From positions 1 to 64,000 of IMG/VR virus record IMGVR_UViG_3300047445_000153: a stretch of 64,000 nt of DNA. The stretch is one strand, 5' to 3'. This DNA comes from a virus. Made by a program: the position numbers and the translations under genes. A model generated the notes under the pieces. That model did not search any database. It was not told the origin of the DNA and was given only the letters and a program-made list of their open reading frames with translations. Of the stretch, positions 19,699 to 30,900 are shown piece after piece (positions within the stretch are counted from its first letter, which is position 1; each line of letters begins with the position of its first letter).

Positions 19699-22600
19699 AT
19701 GGCAGATAAACAGCAGATCAAGGACTTCAAGATCGGTCTCGGCCCTGCCGAGGACACGTTCAAGAAGTACGACCAGCTCTCTGACGTTCTGAAGCAGGTC
19801 TACAACGACCTTCTGAAGATCAAGGAAGTCGGTGCGAAGATCACCATCGGTGCGGTGGATCAAGCTTTCACCAGGGAGCTTGGTGGTCTGCAACGTGAGA
19901 TGCGTACGCTTCTCAACGCCCTCCGCTCCGGGAGCCCGAACGCACAGTTCAACTCCGCGACCCTCTCGGGCGCGAATCAGTCGCGTACCTTTCAGGACAA
20001 GAACGTCCCCCTGCTGGCGAACAAGCAGCTCAACGCCTACTACGAGCGGCGTGCGCTGCTCGACAAGAACCTCTCCGTCACGGCTGAGGCGAATCGCAAG
20101 TACGCCAAAGACCAGATCAGCCTCAACGGTGAGATCGAGAAGACGCTCAAGCGTGTCACCGCCGCGCAAGAGCAGTACAAGCAGGCGTTGATCGACGGCG
20201 ACCGGGTGGTCTCGGATAGCGCCAAGCGTGAACTGCGCCAAGGCCGCGATCGCCTGGAACAACTTCAGAAAGAGCTAGAGCTGCGCCAGCTCGGCTCGAA
20301 GGTGCGCCTCGGGCGTGCACTCGATCAGGGGCAGCCGAAGGTCACGCAGGTTGCGCGTGATCAGCTTGAACAGCTCGACGCTGACAAGCAGACGCTCGCC
20401 CTGGCTCGTCGTGCGGCAGCGGCAGCGCAGCGCCAAGCCGAGTCTCAATCCAGGCAGGAGCTGGATCGCCTTGGCAGGCAGATGCAGAGCGCGCAGGTCG
20501 AGGACAACCGGAGGACGGTCTCTGACTCCGTGAAGCTCGAAACGAACATCCGCCGCGCCGAGTTGTGGAAGCGGATGGACGACGCAAGGAAAGAAGCGGC
20601 GCTCGAAAAGGCAATGCGTCAGGCCTTCGCTGAAGACGCGCGTCGTGACCGCGCGCAAGAGGCACGACTCGATAGCCAGATCCGTCAAGCCGAACTCTGG
20701 AAGCGGATGGATGACGCGCAGAAGGAAGCCGCGCTAGAAAAGATGATGCGGCAGGCCGCTGCCGAGGACAAGCGCCGCACGCTCGCCCAAGCGAACGCGC
20801 TCGAAGCGAACGTGCGCCGCGCCGAGCTGTGGAAGCGGATGGACGATGCGAAGAAGGAAGCTGCGCTCGAAAAGGCAATGCAGCAGGCCTTCGCTGAAGA
20901 CGCACGCCGCACCCGGCAGCAGGACGCTCAGCTCGACGCGAATATTCGCCGCGCGCAAGTCTGGAAGCGGATGGATGACGCGAAGAAGGATGCTGCGCTT
21001 GAGAAGGCTCTGCGGCAGGCCTACGCCGAGGACGCACGTCGCGAGGCCGCGAAGCAGAATGCCACCCCCGCTGCGCAATCCGCACGCGACGCGCAGACGC
21101 GCCAGCGCCGTTACCGGCAGGCCTTCGGCGACGGTGGTGCTGCCATCGCGCTGACGCAGACTGCACTGCTCGCCAACTACACGATCACTCAGGGCTTCAT
21201 CAATGCGTTTGCGAACGCGATCCGCTTCACCGTCGAGTACGAGGAAGCGCTGGCCCACCTGAAGACGATCGCTGGTGCCACGCAAGGCCAGATGACAGAG
21301 CTGTCGGCGACGATCGAGGGTGTCTCGAACGCGACCCGCTACAGCGCGGTGGACCTGACGAAAGCTGCTGCCGCCCTGTCGGAGACGGGTGTCACCGTGG
21401 GCCAGATGGGCGTCGCGCTCAAGGGCGTGGCAGACCTCGCGACGGCAACAGGTGAGGACTTCAACCAGACTGTCGAGACCGTTACCGGCGCGCTCGGCGC
21501 GTTCAAGCTGTCAGCGACCGACACTGTCCAGATCACGAACCAGATCGCGCAGGCAGTCAACTCGTCGCGCCTGACAATGGACAAGCTGCGCACGTCGATC
21601 GAAACGGCGGGCGAGACCGCGAGCGAAGCCGGTGTCTCGTTCAAGGACATGCTGGCTGCAACCGTGGCCATCACTGACAACGGCACCGCCTCGGGCGCAA
21701 CGCTCGGCGGTGGTCTGCGCCAGTTGCTGATCGACCTTGAGAAGCCCAGCAAGGCGCTGAAGGCGATCCTCGACCAGCTCGGCCTCACGCAAGAGGACAT
21801 CAGCGTCAAGACGCATGGCTTGGCGGGCGCGCTGCAAAACCTGAAGGACGCGGGCTTCACGTCGGCCGACGCGTTGCAGGCGTTCGAAGCACGTAGCGCC
21901 TCGGCGTTCACCGCGCTGTCGAACAACCTGCCCCGCATGGCTGAGTTCCAGCAGTCGCTGAACAACACCGACGCGGCGGCACGTGCCAACGCCGAGCAGT
22001 TCAACACGCTCGGCGCGCAGTTCGATCGCTTCAAGAATCAGGCAAGCGCGCTGGCGGGTGACGCGTTCAAGCCCCTGCTCGATGGCTTCAAGAATTTGCT
22101 GAAGGTGACCTCTGACGCGTCGGCCTTCTTGCGTGAGTTCGAGACAACTGTCGAGGTCGTCGGCATCGCGGTCGGAACCGGCACGCTCGCGGTGGGGATG
22201 GCCTATTTGGGCAAATTGATCGGAGGCCTCTCGGGGCTCCTGTTCGTGAGCGCGGAGGCCTCGGTCGGGATGGCCGCGATGGGTGCTGCCATCGGCCCAG
22301 TCGTCGCCCTGATCGCGGGGCTCGGGGCGGGCATCGCCTACTTCGTGTCGAAGGCCAAGGAGGCTGAGGACACGTTCGACAAGCAGCGCACCGCCGTCAA
22401 CGGCGCGAAGGACGCGATGCAGGAGTCGAAGCAGGCCTACGACAGCGTCGGCAAGCAGATCGACACGCTGCGCAGCAAGACGCAGGCCCTGAACAACGAC
22501 AAGGGCGCGCTGAAGAGCGCAACTGATGACGCGGCGCAGCAGTTCGAGAAGTACGGCGTTCAGCTCGACAAAAGCGGGATCGAGAAGACGCAAGACCTGA

Positions 22601-25600
22601 TCGACAAGCTGGAGGACCTTCGCCACCAGCTGGCCAAGCGCTACGAGATGAACACCGACGTGCTCAGCTCGCAGCTGGGCGTCATGATCGACAAGGCGCG
22701 GGAAGCGGCGGGTGAGCGCGCGAGGGATCTTCAAGGGCGTGCGACCGCAGGCCCGAGCGACAAGATCCGAGCGGCGCTGGCAGGAGATGCCCCGAACGTC
22801 GACGTCGGCGAGGGCTTCCTCTCACAAAATGAGAAGAACCAGAGCCGCTTCGGGTTGCTGCCCGGTCGCAAGCAATCGCAGGGGTTCCTCCCGCTGGACA
22901 CGGGCTTGACTGCCGAGACCATTCCGGCTGTCCTCCAGTACCTGAAGGATCTGGGTGTGGACGTGACGGAGCAGGTCAAGGCGGGCTTCGAGGACGTCGC
23001 GGGTATCCACGGCCAGCCTAACAACCTCGTGGCCCAAGCAGCGGCTCGTACGGCCATCAGCGACGCCGTACAGAAGGCTGGCCAGCGCGGACGCGCGGCT
23101 GACGTCACCGTAGACGACAAGAAGATCGCAGCGGGGACCGTCCAGGCACTGACGAACCTGCTGGACAACGTTACGAAGGTGTCGCAGAGCGTCCAGGCCG
23201 CAGAGGGCTTCGAGCGCGACAAGAAGAACGCTGACAAGTCATCGGCAAACCAGAAGTTCGCGAACGGCAACCCCGACGCGCAGGCGCTCGCCGCTACCGT
23301 TAAGGCCGCAACGCAAGCCACGGAGAACGTACTCGGTGCCGCCTCTGGGCCGGTCGAGCGCGTCTGGTCTGCGCTCAAGCTTCAGGAGACGGGCAACCGC
23401 CAGTTCGACAAGTTCGGCAACCCGCAGAGGTCGATGCCGGGGGACCCTGACAGCCCGGTCGGCATCGCGCAGATCCGCCCGAGCACGGCCCGCGAGGTCG
23501 CCGCGAAGAACGGTATCCCGTTCGACCTGAACGCGCTCAACACGGACTCGGCCTACAACGAAAAGCTTGGCAAGCTCTACCTCGGGCAGCAGATTCAGCG
23601 GTACGGCGGCGACGTCAACCTCGGCCTTGCAGCCTACAACTGGGGGCCGGGGAAGTTCGACAACTTCCTCGGCCAGAAGACAAAGGACGGACGGTCTTAT
23701 GACTACCGCGACCCGACCGGTGTCACGAAGGACGAGTTCCTTCAGCTGCTCTCGCAGGCCAGCCCCGAGACTGGCCGGTACGTGTCGACGGTTGGACGTG
23801 GCATCGGCGCGCTTGGCCGTCTGAACAACCTTGAAGGCAACTCGGGCCTCATGAAGCAGAGCGAGGACAACAGCGCGCTGCTGCGTCAACTCGAAGCCAA
23901 ACTGGCTGAGGCGACGACCGAGCCTGAAAAGGAGTTTCTGAAGGGGCAGATCGATGACCTGCAAACTGCACAGACCTCGATTCGTTCGAGGCTGGAGTCA
24001 GCTCGTGCTGAAGCCGCTACGGCACTGAAGAAGACCGATCAGGCCGCAGCCCGCGCGCTCAAGGCGCAGCTCGCCAAGACCGATCAGGAGATGCAGGGGA
24101 CGCTGGATCCGGATAAGGCCGAGGCCCTTGGCGTGAAGGCCGTTACGCTCATCACGGACGAGTACAAAGGCCACATCGAAACGCTTGAACGGTCGAGCGC
24201 GAAGATGGGCAAGACCGGTGAGTACTCGGATGAGGTCAAGGAACAACTTGAGTCGCTGCGCACCGAGATGGACGCAGCCGTCAAGACGCAGATCGAGAAG
24301 AACGCGCAGCACGTCGGAGCGCTGAAAGAGCGGATCCGACAGGAAGAGTTCAAGTCGGAGATGCGTGCGAGCGACCGGGCCTTCGCCTCCTTCATGAACA
24401 AGCTGAAGCAGGACGAGCAGACCCGTGCCGTGCAAATGGCCATTGACCTGAAGCAGAACGCTCGCCCGGTGACGGAGGACCAAGCGCAAGCTCAGTTCAT
24501 GGGCGACCCGCGCTTCGCCGGACGCTTCAGCGGCGTTCAACGCCAGAGCCTGTCCATGAAGGCTGCTGCGGATCAGGACGCCACCGACGCGAAGGACTTG
24601 GTCACCTACTCAGCGAACCTACGCGCGCTTCAAGAGTTGCGAGCCAGGGCAGAGCGGGAACTCGCCAAGACGGCGGGACTGGGTGATGAAGGTGATGGGA
24701 CGAAGGGCTCCGCGACGGGGCTGTTCGCGAAACGCGACGCGCTGGCACCAAGCCTGCGGCCGGAAGATCAGGCCGAGTTCAAGCGCACCGAGGATGAGAT
24801 CACCCGCCTTTCGGCTAAACGCCAGCAGTCGCAGGCCGAGATCACTGACCTGAAGAACAAGGAAGTCTCGCTCACGGAGAAGCAAGCGCAGCTCGAAGCG
24901 AAGATGGCCGCGAAGAACGAGGCAACTCCGTTTGGGCTGATGGAGGGGATCAACGCAGCGAACCAGAACTTCCTCACGACGCACGACCAGATGGCGCTGG
25001 CCCTCGACGACTACAACCAGCTGCTCAACCAGTCGACCAACGCCTTCGCCAAGTTCTTCGACGACATCCTCACGGGGTCGAAGAGCGCGGGCGAAGCGAT
25101 CAAGGATTTCGCGCGCTCGTTCCTGCAAGCGATGTTGCAGATCCTCGAACAGCAGGCCGCGCTGGCTGTCGTGAAGTCGATCATCGGAGCGTTCGGGGGT
25201 GGTGGGAGTGGTGTGGGCGGTGGCGCTGGGATGACGGGTGGCTTCGACTCAGCCGGTACGGCCTTCGCAATCCAAGGTGGTGTCGTGAGCGCAGGCGGCA
25301 CCATTACGCGCGGTGGTTCGATGCGCCGTTACATCGGCGGCGGCAAGGTGCAAGGTCCGATAAACACGCGCGACTCGGTCCACGCCCTGCTCCAACCGGG
25401 CGAAGTGGTGATGAACACGAGCGCGGTGGACTCGGTCGGGGAGGACTTCTTGAACGGCCTGAACGCGCAAGGCAACCGGGTGGTCTCGAAGAGCACACCG
25501 GCCCCGCAAGCGAAGCGCGAGAAGCAGCCTGACCACGTCAACGTCTGGGTAGTGGCGCCTGACCAGAAGCCGCAGCTCGGCCCGCGCGATGTCCTGGCCA

Positions 25601-25674
25601 CGATCTCCGATGACATCATCCGCGGTGGCTCGACGAAACAGCTGATCAAGCAGGTAGCAATGGGACAAGTCTAA
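19699..25674 (+). CDS. tail tape measure protein with lytic transglycosylase (SLT) domain
   Basis: 1991 aa helical; TP901-type core; hydrophobic segment; QETGNRQ..GIAQIRPSTA..LAAYNWGPG; LLQPGEVV C-terminal motif. Confidence 0.92.
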   Translation: MADKQQIKDFKIGLGPAEDTFKKYDQLSDVLKQVYNDLLKIKEVGAKITIGAVDQAFTRELGGLQREMRTLLNALRSGSPNAQFNSATLSGANQSRTFQDKNVPLLANKQLNAYYERRALLDKNLSVTAEANRKYAKDQISLNGEIEKTLKRVTAAQEQYKQALIDGDRVVSDSAKRELRQGRDRLEQLQKELELRQLGSKVRLGRALDQGQPKVTQVARDQLEQLDADKQTLALARRAAAAAQRQAESQSRQELDRLGRQMQSAQVEDNRRTVSDSVKLETNIRRAELWKRMDDARKEAALEKAMRQAFAEDARRDRAQEARLDSQIRQAELWKRMDDAQKEAALEKMMRQAAAEDKRRTLAQANALEANVRRAELWKRMDDAKKEAALEKAMQQAFAEDARRTRQQDAQLDANIRRAQVWKRMDDAKKDAALEKALRQAYAEDARREAAKQNATPAAQSARDAQTRQRRYRQAFGDGGAAIALTQTALLANYTITQGFINAFANAIRFTVEYEEALAHLKTIAGATQGQMTELSATIEGVSNATRYSAVDLTKAAAALSETGVTVGQMGVALKGVADLATATGEDFNQTVETVTGALGAFKLSATDTVQITNQIAQAVNSSRLTMDKLRTSIETAGETASEAGVSFKDMLAATVAITDNGTASGATLGGGLRQLLIDLEKPSKALKAILDQLGLTQEDISVKTHGLAGALQNLKDAGFTSADALQAFEARSASAFTALSNNLPRMAEFQQSLNNTDAAARANAEQFNTLGAQFDRFKNQASALAGDAFKPLLDGFKNLLKVTSDASAFLREFETTVEVVGIAVGTGTLAVGMAYLGKLIGGLSGLLFVSAEASVGMAAMGAAIGPVVALIAGLGAGIAYFVSKAKEAEDTFDKQRTAVNGAKDAMQESKQAYDSVGKQIDTLRSKTQALNNDKGALKSATDDAAQQFEKYGVQLDKSGIEKTQDLIDKLEDLRHQLAKRYEMNTDVLSSQLGVMIDKAREAAGERARDLQGRATAGPSDKIRAALAGDAPNVDVGEGFLSQNEKNQSRFGLLPGRKQSQGFLPLDTGLTAETIPAVLQYLKDLGVDVTEQVKAGFEDVAGIHGQPNNLVAQAAARTAISDAVQKAGQRGRAADVTVDDKKIAAGTVQALTNLLDNVTKVSQSVQAAEGFERDKKNADKSSANQKFANGNPDAQALAATVKAATQATENVLGAASGPVERVWSALKLQETGNRQFDKFGNPQRSMPGDPDSPVGIAQIRPSTAREVAAKNGIPFDLNALNTDSAYNEKLGKLYLGQQIQRYGGDVNLGLAAYNWGPGKFDNFLGQKTKDGRSYDYRDPTGVTKDEFLQLLSQASPETGRYVSTVGRGIGALGRLNNLEGNSGLMKQSEDNSALLRQLEAKLAEATTEPEKEFLKGQIDDLQTAQTSIRSRLESARAEAATALKKTDQAAARALKAQLAKTDQEMQGTLDPDKAEALGVKAVTLITDEYKGHIETLERSSAKMGKTGEYSDEVKEQLESLRTEMDAAVKTQIEKNAQHVGALKERIRQEEFKSEMRASDRAFASFMNKLKQDEQTRAVQMAIDLKQNARPVTEDQAQAQFMGDPRFAGRFSGVQRQSLSMKAAADQDATDAKDLVTYSANLRALQELRARAERELAKTAGLGDEGDGTKGSATGLFAKRDALAPSLRPEDQAEFKRTEDEITRLSAKRQQSQAEITDLKNKEVSLTEKQAQLEAKMAAKNEATPFGLMEGINAANQNFLTTHDQMALALDDYNQLLNQSTNAFAKFFDDILTGSKSAGEAIKDFARSFLQAMLQILEQQAALAVVKSIIGAFGGGGSGVGGGAGMTGGFDSAGTAFAIQGGVVSAGGTITRGGSMRRYIGGGKVQGPINTRDSVHALLQPGEVVMNTSAVDSVGEDFLNGLNAQGNRVVSKSTPAPQAKREKQPDHVNVWVVAPDQKPQLGPRDVLATISDDIIRGGSTKQLIKQVAMGQV
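20533..21045 (+). repeat. 4 x 132-bp (44-aa) tandem repeat in tape measure
   Basis: TGGAAGCGGATGGA at 20566, 20698, 20830, 20962. Confidence 0.9.
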
Positions 25675-26066
25675 TGGCCATCTCGCCGACATTTGATTTT
25701 TCAAACCACATGGTTGAGGAGAAGTACCCGGATCCGGGTACTACGGTCGTGCTCGGCAACTCATATCGGTTTGCTACGCCCCCAACGTCGCCCGATCAAC
25801 GCATCTTCGTTCTCTCCTTTGAGTCGATGTGGCGCGGCATCACGGCCAACGGCGCGATGGACTCGACCACGAACTACAAGAACAACGCGGGGGCTCTGCT
25901 CCTGTTCTACGAGAACTACAAGCTTCACAAGACCTTCCAGTACCCCCACCCGTGGCTAGGCCTCCTGAACGTTCGCTTCAGCAAGCCGCTAGAACTTCCG
26001 AAGGGTGTGAAGGGTGGAGACGGCTGGACGGAAGGCTTCAGCCTTGAATTCGTGGAGATGCCATGA
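25674..26066 (+). CDS. distal tail protein (lambda gpM-like)
   Basis: 130 aa after TMP; tail tip synteny. Confidence 0.6.
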   Translation: MAISPTFDFSNHMVEEKYPDPGTTVVLGNSYRFATPPTSPDQRIFVLSFESMWRGITANGAMDSTTNYKNNAGALLLFYENYKLHKTFQYPHPWLGLLNVRFSKPLELPKGVKGGDGWTEGFSLEFVEMP

Positions 26067-26560
26067 CGATCGACACAATTCCGCAGACCCACATCGACGA
26101 TGCGTACAAGCTTGATGCAGACGCGAAGATCGACTTGTTCAAGATCGTCCTCAACCAGATCGGTGGGAGCACCACTGTCTGCGTGACCGCGAGGAAGGAT
26201 GTGGTGTGGCAGGGCCTGACGTTCGAGTCTATCCCGGTCAGCTTGACGCAGGAAGGTGCAAATGCAACCGGTGAGTGGAAGCGTCCGAAGTTCACGCTCG
26301 CAAACCCTGACGGTGTCTGGTCAGCGTTCATCGCGCAGGGCAAGCTTGATGGTGCGCAGATCACACGCTACCGCGTGCTGCTCTCACACCTGATCGCAAA
26401 CGCGGGCATCTTCCAGATGAACACGTGGCGTATCTCGAAACCTCTTCAGCTGAATAAGACCCTCGCGACATTCGAGCTGCGCTCGCCTCTCGACGGACAG
26501 CAGTTCCTGCTGCCGGGTCGAGCCTTCTATCCACCTGAATACCCGCATGTCTCTCTTTGA
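26063..26560 (+). CDS. minor tail protein L-like (short)
   Basis: IDLF..VVWQG..PKFTLAN..GAQITRYR..FELRSPLD..LPGR. Confidence 0.75.
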   Translation: MTIDTIPQTHIDDAYKLDADAKIDLFKIVLNQIGGSTTVCVTARKDVVWQGLTFESIPVSLTQEGANATGEWKRPKFTLANPDGVWSAFIAQGKLDGAQITRYRVLLSHLIANAGIFQMNTWRISKPLQLNKTLATFELRSPLDGQQFLLPGRAFYPPEYPHVSL

Positions 26561-27065
26561 AAAGTACACCGAGGGCTACGAAGGCATCCCGTATGTAGTC
26601 GGACGAGACGACTGCTACGGTCTCGTGCGCCGCTGGATGGCCGACAAGTACGGCATGAAGCTGACCAACTACGCTCGACCGTTCGGATTCGACGATTCTG
26701 GCCTGAACCTCCTCACGGACTACTTCAACCGTGAGGGGTTTCAGATTGTGTGCGTGCCGTTCAATCGACTGGAGATCGGTGACCTGTTGATGATGCGGCT
26801 CGCGAACCGGAGTGGCCACGCGAATCACATCGGGGTCTATGTCGGCAACGGCTACATGCTGCACCACTTGTTCAACCAGAAGTCGGTCGCGGACCCTCTC
26901 ACTGACAGATGGACGGGTCGCGTGCTGGACGTCATCCGCCATCCCGACATCACTGCGAAGAACCTGGAGCTGGTAGAGAAGGTCGACATCATGAACTTCC
27001 TACCTCCGCACTTGAGGGCAAGATATGAACGAATTACTGCTGGCTCTGTGGAACCCGCAGGTTGA
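26547..27065 (+). CDS. NlpC/P60 tail tip protein (gpK C-terminal-like)
   Basis: PYVVGRDDCYGLV, GDLL, NHIGVYVGNG.MLHH. Confidence 0.85.
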   Translation: MSLFEKYTEGYEGIPYVVGRDDCYGLVRRWMADKYGMKLTNYARPFGFDDSGLNLLTDYFNREGFQIVCVPFNRLEIGDLLMMRLANRSGHANHIGVYVGNGYMLHHLFNQKSVADPLTDRWTGRVLDVIRHPDITAKNLELVEKVDIMNFLPPHLRARYERITAGSVEPAG

Positions 27066-27390
27066 GCGCTGCGGCTTTGTGCTTGATGACGGGTCGATCG
27101 TCGAGTGTCCTAACGTTGATCCGAACCCCGAGAAATCCTTTGAAATCAGTCCGGACTCCATCGGACAATACGAGGGCCGCGTGTCGGCCACTTGGCACAC
27201 GCACCCCCGAACTGGGCCGAACCTTTCGGTCGAGGACTATCGGGCCTTCCAAAGCTACCCCGACTGGTTCCACTACATCGTCAGCGAAAGCGAGGTCTGG
27301 TGCTACTACGTACGGAACAAGGCGGTGATACTCCATGAAGACGATCTATCTGCATGGCTCCCTGAAGGAGCTGCATCCAGAACCGATTAA
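27025..27390 (+). CDS. JAB/MPN domain tail tip protein (gpK N-terminal-like)
   Basis: ERCGFV..CPN..WHTHP..LSVED JAMM motif. Confidence 0.85.
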   Translation: MNELLLALWNPQVERCGFVLDDGSIVECPNVDPNPEKSFEISPDSIGQYEGRVSATWHTHPRTGPNLSVEDYRAFQSYPDWFHYIVSESEVWCYYVRNKAVILHEDDLSAWLPEGAASRTD

Positions 27391-27967
27391 GGTCCACGCC
27401 GACACGGTGGCCGAAGCCCTGTCGATCTTGAGGCAGTACCCCGGCTTTGACGTGGAGAATCCCACCCCGGTACGCGTGAAGGGCGTAGAGTGCCGCGACG
27501 CCGTCTATGCGCCGACCGAGCTGGAAGAGCTGCACATCTACCCCGCTCTCGCTGGCTCGGGTGGCAACGGCGGTCTGTTTCAGATCATCATTGGCGTGGT
27601 GATGGTTATCGTCGGCATCGTGCTTAGCGTCTTCGGGTACGGCGCTGGCACACCGCTGATTACGAGCGGTGCGATGATGATCCTGGGGGGCATCCTCCAG
27701 ATGCTCGCGCCAACCCCGAAGTCGAACACTGGCAGCTCAGACCAGTCGCTCTATGTCCCCTCGAACCAGAACACCGTGAAGATCGGCACGCGCATCCCGC
27801 TGATCTATGGCCGCGTGCGTCACTTCGGGCACTACCTGTCGTTCAACGTCGACTCGAAGCGCCTGGACGACAGCACCATGAACCTTGCTGGCTACTGTAG
27901 CGGTCGCACCGACGCCAACGGGAACCGATACTCCTACGGCCAGGATGGCCACTGCCTGCTCGCATAA
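27335..27967 (+). CDS. tail assembly protein I-like
   Basis: ubiquitin-like N-terminus ending GSGG, hydrophobic segments, NTVKIGTRIPLIYG. Confidence 0.85.
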   Translation: MKTIYLHGSLKELHPEPIKVHADTVAEALSILRQYPGFDVENPTPVRVKGVECRDAVYAPTELEELHIYPALAGSGGNGGLFQIIIGVVMVIVGIVLSVFGYGAGTPLITSGAMMILGGILQMLAPTPKSNTGSSDQSLYVPSNQNTVKIGTRIPLIYGRVRHFGHYLSFNVDSKRLDDSTMNLAGYCSGRTDANGNRYSYGQDGHCLLA

Positions 27968-27968
27968 T

Positions 27969-30900
27969 ATGACCGACGCCGTAATCAACTACCCGAAACT
28001 CAGCGGAGCCGGTGGGGGCCAGAAGCAGCCCAGCCGCACCGACGACAACCTTTTCTCGCGCGACGTGGTAGAGATGGTCTTCGCCCTCGGTGAAGGCCCG
28101 ATTCGTGGCCCGGTCGATGGCATGAAGACGATCTACGTCGGCGGGACCCCGCTGATGTCTCAGGACGGGAGTGTCAACTTCGACAGCTTCAACGTCGGGA
28201 TCATGCGGGGCCACGCGGGCGATCCCCCGGTCAACTACCGCCTCGGCGGTGAGACGTCGAATACCGCGGTGGGCGTGCGGCTCTTCCAAGGGACTTGGGT
28301 CAGCCGAGCCACCAATGATTCGTTGAAGGGCAAGGTTGACCAGCTGCAAGCGCGGATGCTCTTCAACACGTTGTACAAGTCGAATGACGATGGCACGTTC
28401 AATCACACCGCGTCATTCGAGATCCAGTACCGCCAATCCACCAGCCCGAACTGGACGGCGGTCAACGGTGGAACGATCAACGTCACGGGCAAGACGACGG
28501 CGGGGTATGTCGTCGACTACGTGTGGGACGTGCCGCGTGTGAACGACACGTGGGTCATCCGGGTGAAGAAGAACAACCCTGATTCAAGCACCACAGATTT
28601 CGCCGACTTCAGCTGGGAGTCCTTTCAAGAGGTCACGAAGGGCAACCGCACGTACGATCGCGTGGCGCTCATGCACGTCGTCGCGCTCGCGACTAGCCAG
28701 TTCGGCTCGGTTCCGGAAATCGGCCTCGATATTGACGGTCTTGAGATCTTGGTCCCGACGAACTACAACCCGGATCTGCGTACCTACTCTGGTGCCTGGG
28801 ATGGGTCGTTCAAGCAGGCGTGGACGAACAACCCTGCGTGGGTTCTCTATGACCTGATCATGAACCCCAACTACGGGCTGCGAAAGTACTACCCGTGGTT
28901 GACCTGCAATCGCTTTGACTTCTACGACGCTGCGGTGTTTTGCGATACGCCAGTGGCGAACGGACGGGGTGGGGCGCAGCCGCGCTACACGTTCAACATG
29001 TCGATCAAGGACCAGCAGTCTGGGCTGGACATGTTGCAATACGTGGCGGGCTCGTTCGGTGCGATCATCTTTGATGACGCGACTGGAATGGTCCATCTGC
29101 GCGTCGACAAGTGGGAAGAACCCACCCTGCTCTTCACTCCCGAGAACGTGACGCCCGAGGGCTTCACCTACACGTTCACGGACATGACGACTCGATACAA
29201 CGATCTCACCGTCAAGTTCGTGAACCCAGATCTTGACTGGCAAGAGGACATTCGTCCCGCTCGCAGCCCGGACCACATCGCTCTGAACGGAAGCATTCCG
29301 CTCACCTTCGATGCTGTTGGCTGTACCGACGAGCATGAAGCGCTGCGTCGTGCCCACTACCGCCTCATCACGGCGACGACGGAATGCGCCACGGTGACGT
29401 TCACGACCGCGCGGCTCGGTGTCCTTCTCGACCCGTACAAGACGATCTACGTCGCCGACCCAGTGACGGGCTGGGCTACGAGCGGCCGGATCAAGTCGAT
29501 CGCTAACGGCAAGATCAACCTTCGTGACCCGATCTACTTCACGCAGAACCAGAACTTCGGCCTTCGCTTGCAAACGACCACCGGGCTCGTGAACCTCGTG
29601 GTCAACCCAGGCAAGGTCGGCGCGGTGTACGAGCTGTTGATCGTGAGCGGCGTGCTGCCGCCTAACATCCCTGACCGCACCGTGTTCTCGATCGAGGACA
29701 ACGGCGGCTTCGGCTTGGCCAAGCCGTTCCGCGTCATGTCGATTGAACCGGTCGACAACAACCCGAACCAGTTCACTATCACTGCTGTTGAGATGAACGT
29801 CAACAAGCAGTGGGCGGCAGACAACTGCATCCCAATTGGTTCGGTTCCCTACTCGTTCAAGAACCCGTTGATCCCGCCCCCGCCAACCAACCTCGTTGCC
29901 GAGTCCGGTACCGACATGCTGCTGCTCGGCCAGGATGGTTCGATCATGGCGCGGATCTTCGCGCACTGGGACCCACCGGGCAACGCGCTGGTCGAGAAGT
30001 ACATCATCCGCTGGCGCGAAAGCCTCCAGTCGACGTGGTTCGAGACGAACAGCACGGGTGAAGGCGTGATCCTTGCACCTTGCAAGACCGGTACCCTGTA
30101 CGACATCGTGGTGGAGGCGGTGAGCGCGTTCGGCTACCGCAGCGCGCAGCTCGCGATGTGGAACTACAAGTGTGTCGGCAAGGACCAGCCCCCGAGCAAC
30201 GTGAAGAACTTCCGCTTCGAGCGGCGCGCACTCGACATCCTGCTGAGCTGGGACGCGATCCCTGACCTCGACCGCTTCGGCTACGAGATCCGGCTGGGAG
30301 ACACGTGGGATACCGCGAAGGTTCTGATCACTGACTATGCGGCGACGAAGTATGCGTGGACGACGGATACGGGAGGCTCGTACAGCTTCCTGATCCGAGC
30401 GAAGGATACGTCGGGTAACTACTCGCCGCAGGCCACGCTGTGCTTGGCGCTCCTCGCTGGACCGTCGCCGGTCAGCGGTGTGATCGCGGTTCAGTCGGGC
30501 AACTTCGTCGACATCCGCTGGGACCCGAATCCCGAGGACAACATTCTCGACTACGAGATCCGTGAAGGAGCTACCTGGGCCACCGCGATCTTTCTCGCGA
30601 AGGTCAAGTCTACGAGCTACCACGTGACGGCGGGCGCCGCGGGCACGCGCCTATTCTGGCTCAAGGCCATCGCTTCACCGGGGATCTACTCCGACAAGGC
30701 GACGTTCGTCACGACCGACATCGCGAAGTCCGACAACACCAACCTGCTGTACACGACCGACGAAGTGGTGAACAACTTCCAAGGTGCGAAGTACAACATG
30801 GTCACGTACGGCCCGAACCAGCTGCGTATGGACGACGGCCAAACCAAGTCGGAGTACATGTTCTCGGTCGCGCTGCCCGATGTGTTCAAGGCGCAGAACA

